A program made the position numbers and the translations under genes. From positions 1 through 10,211 of the forward strand of contig NW_002061116.1 in NCBI RefSeq assembly GCF_000150275.1: a stretch of 10,211 nucleotides of DNA, written 5' to 3'. This DNA is from Trichoplax adhaerens. Its lineage: Eukaryota; Animalia; Placozoa. Positions 9,083 through 10,211 of this stretch are shown here, piece after piece. How positions within the stretch are numbered: the first letter of the stretch is position 1; each line of letters begins with the position of its first letter. The notes under the pieces were generated by a model. That model was not told the origin of the DNA, did not search any database, and saw nothing but the letters and a program-made list of their open reading frames with translations.

Positions 9083-9280
9083 GTATGAATAAATATTACA
9101 TTATCATGAATTGTAACCAGGAGAAAATATTGCTATTACCACTTCCGTAATGCAATAAGGCTTAAAAAATTTCTGATATTAATATGCTCCTTTTAGAATA
9201 GACAAAATATATGATTAGTAATACATATACTTTAAGAATTGTATTAACTTGTATTTTATTTTATTTTAAATTCTCTATAG

Positions 9281-9365
9281 TGCTTCCAAGATTTAATACG
9301 AAGGTTACGTTGCCATCGTTTGGTTTGAATACCGATGACAAGCTTACGATATCCATCTCAGCAAA
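9281..9365 (+). CDS. CD109: CD109-like TEP exon (MG3)
   Basis: TATAG| (V)LPRFNTKVTLPSFGLNTDDKLTISISA(K) |GTAAGC; phases 1 to 2 are consistent with both neighbours. Confidence 0.92.
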
Positions 9366-9437
9366 GTAAGCAGTTATTTATTAATTTCTATAGCGTTAGA
9401 AAAGTCGTATGAAATTCAACTAATTATTGTATCGCAG

Positions 9438-9543
9438 ATATACCTATGGTATGCCGGTCAAAGGTGTAGCATATATTAAGTTGAACCCAAAATACTGGTA
9501 TTCTAGAGGCTCAAAAATTCCTGAAATTAGAAAGGAAGAAAAG
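9438..9543 (+). CDS. CD109: CD109-like TEP exon (MG3)
   Basis: CGCAG| YTYGMPVKGVAYIKLNPKYWYSRGSKIPEIRKEEK |GTAATG; matches the family motif AxYTYGxPVxG. Confidence 0.93.
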
Positions 9544-9617
9544 GTAATGACTTGCTATGCTGATAGAATTAATAATACAAATTTTCTATAATGAAAATTT
9601 ATTAAAATTATGTTCAG

Positions 9618-9848
9618 ATCGATGGGTATTTAAACATATCAGTTCCAACATCCGATATTAAATGGCATTTAAACAAAAATAAAGAACTAAATTACTTCAA
9701 TTTACTGGTCAACGTCATCGTTATGGAAAAGTTAACGAGTATCAAGGAAAATGGAACCTCCAGCATGACTTATTATTCACGGCCTTATCGTGTTAATGTC
9801 GTGTCATCAACGTCTGCCTTTAGACCAGGAATGCCTTATCATGCTATG
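9618..9848 (+). CDS. CD109: CD109-like TEP exon (MG3/MG4)
   Basis: TTCAG| IDGYLNISVPTSDIK...LLVNVIVMEKLTSIKENGTSSMTYYSRPYRVNVVSSTSAFRPGMPYHAM |GTAAAA; 77 open codons ending in the F(K/R)PGxPY motif. Confidence 0.92.
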
Positions 9849-9933
9849 GTAAAACATCGTTAATTTTTTATCTTCAAGGTGACTGTGAGGTTCTAATAAA
9901 TTTTGTTTTGTATACTTGTTTTCATTCATGTAG

Positions 9934-10107
9934 CTGGCAGTAGTTCAACCTGACGGTAAGGCCGTAGCTGCATCACTTTCCGATTATTTGACTGTACGGA
10001 CAGAATACGGAAATGGTCATACTACTGTAAAGCAGCTACAGTCGAAATATGGTCTATACAAACTGAGTTGGAATATTCCTTCCAATGCAACCACGTTTTA
10101 TTTTAAT
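9934..10107 (+). CDS. CD109: CD109-like TEP exon (MG4)
   Basis: TGTAG| LAVVQPDGKAVAASLSDYLTVRTEYGNGHTTVKQLQSKYGLYKLSWNIPSNATTFYFN |GTAATA; 58 open codons with the VxxPDG motif of MG4. Confidence 0.87.
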
Positions 10108-10187
10108 GTAATACTTGAAGTTGCTGTTAATGTATATCATGTTTTAATAAACATCATAAAAAATTACAATTATGATATTTCTTATAG

Positions 10188-10211
10188 GCATATTACGGCA
10201 CTAAATCAAAG
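10188..10211 (+). CDS. CD109: CD109-like TEP exon start (runs off the window)
   Basis: TTTCTTATAG| AYYGTKSK, phase 0, after an 80-nt intron. Confidence 0.7.

Overview
AT-rich eukaryotic genomic DNA, very probably animal, with short GT-AG introns. A compact early-branching metazoan such as the placozoan Trichoplax would fit, but that is inference only. Two genes point away from each other: the first coding exon of a saccharopine-dehydrogenase-like oxidoreductase (SCCPDH, minus strand, 295->112) and the 5' part of a secreted thioester-containing protein of the CD109/iTEP/alpha-2-macroglobulin family (plus strand, ATG 7305). The TEP gene shows nine visible coding exons, a 949-N assembly gap at 7837-8785, and runs off the window end. 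The ~7 kb between the genes holds an 8-unit 71/74-bp tandem array with a 145-bp higher-order period and a possible RNA fold (491-1066). It also holds a GC-richer block (~4100-6400) that looks like a decayed minus-strand repeat-protein gene containing a recent 108-bp x4 in-frame expansion. The window has a clear excess of TACAGTA/TACTGTA heptamers, matching Tc1/mariner-type excision footprints. I see no CRISPR array, intact transposon or recognisable RNA gene, and no demonstrably new biological system; the findings below are leads.
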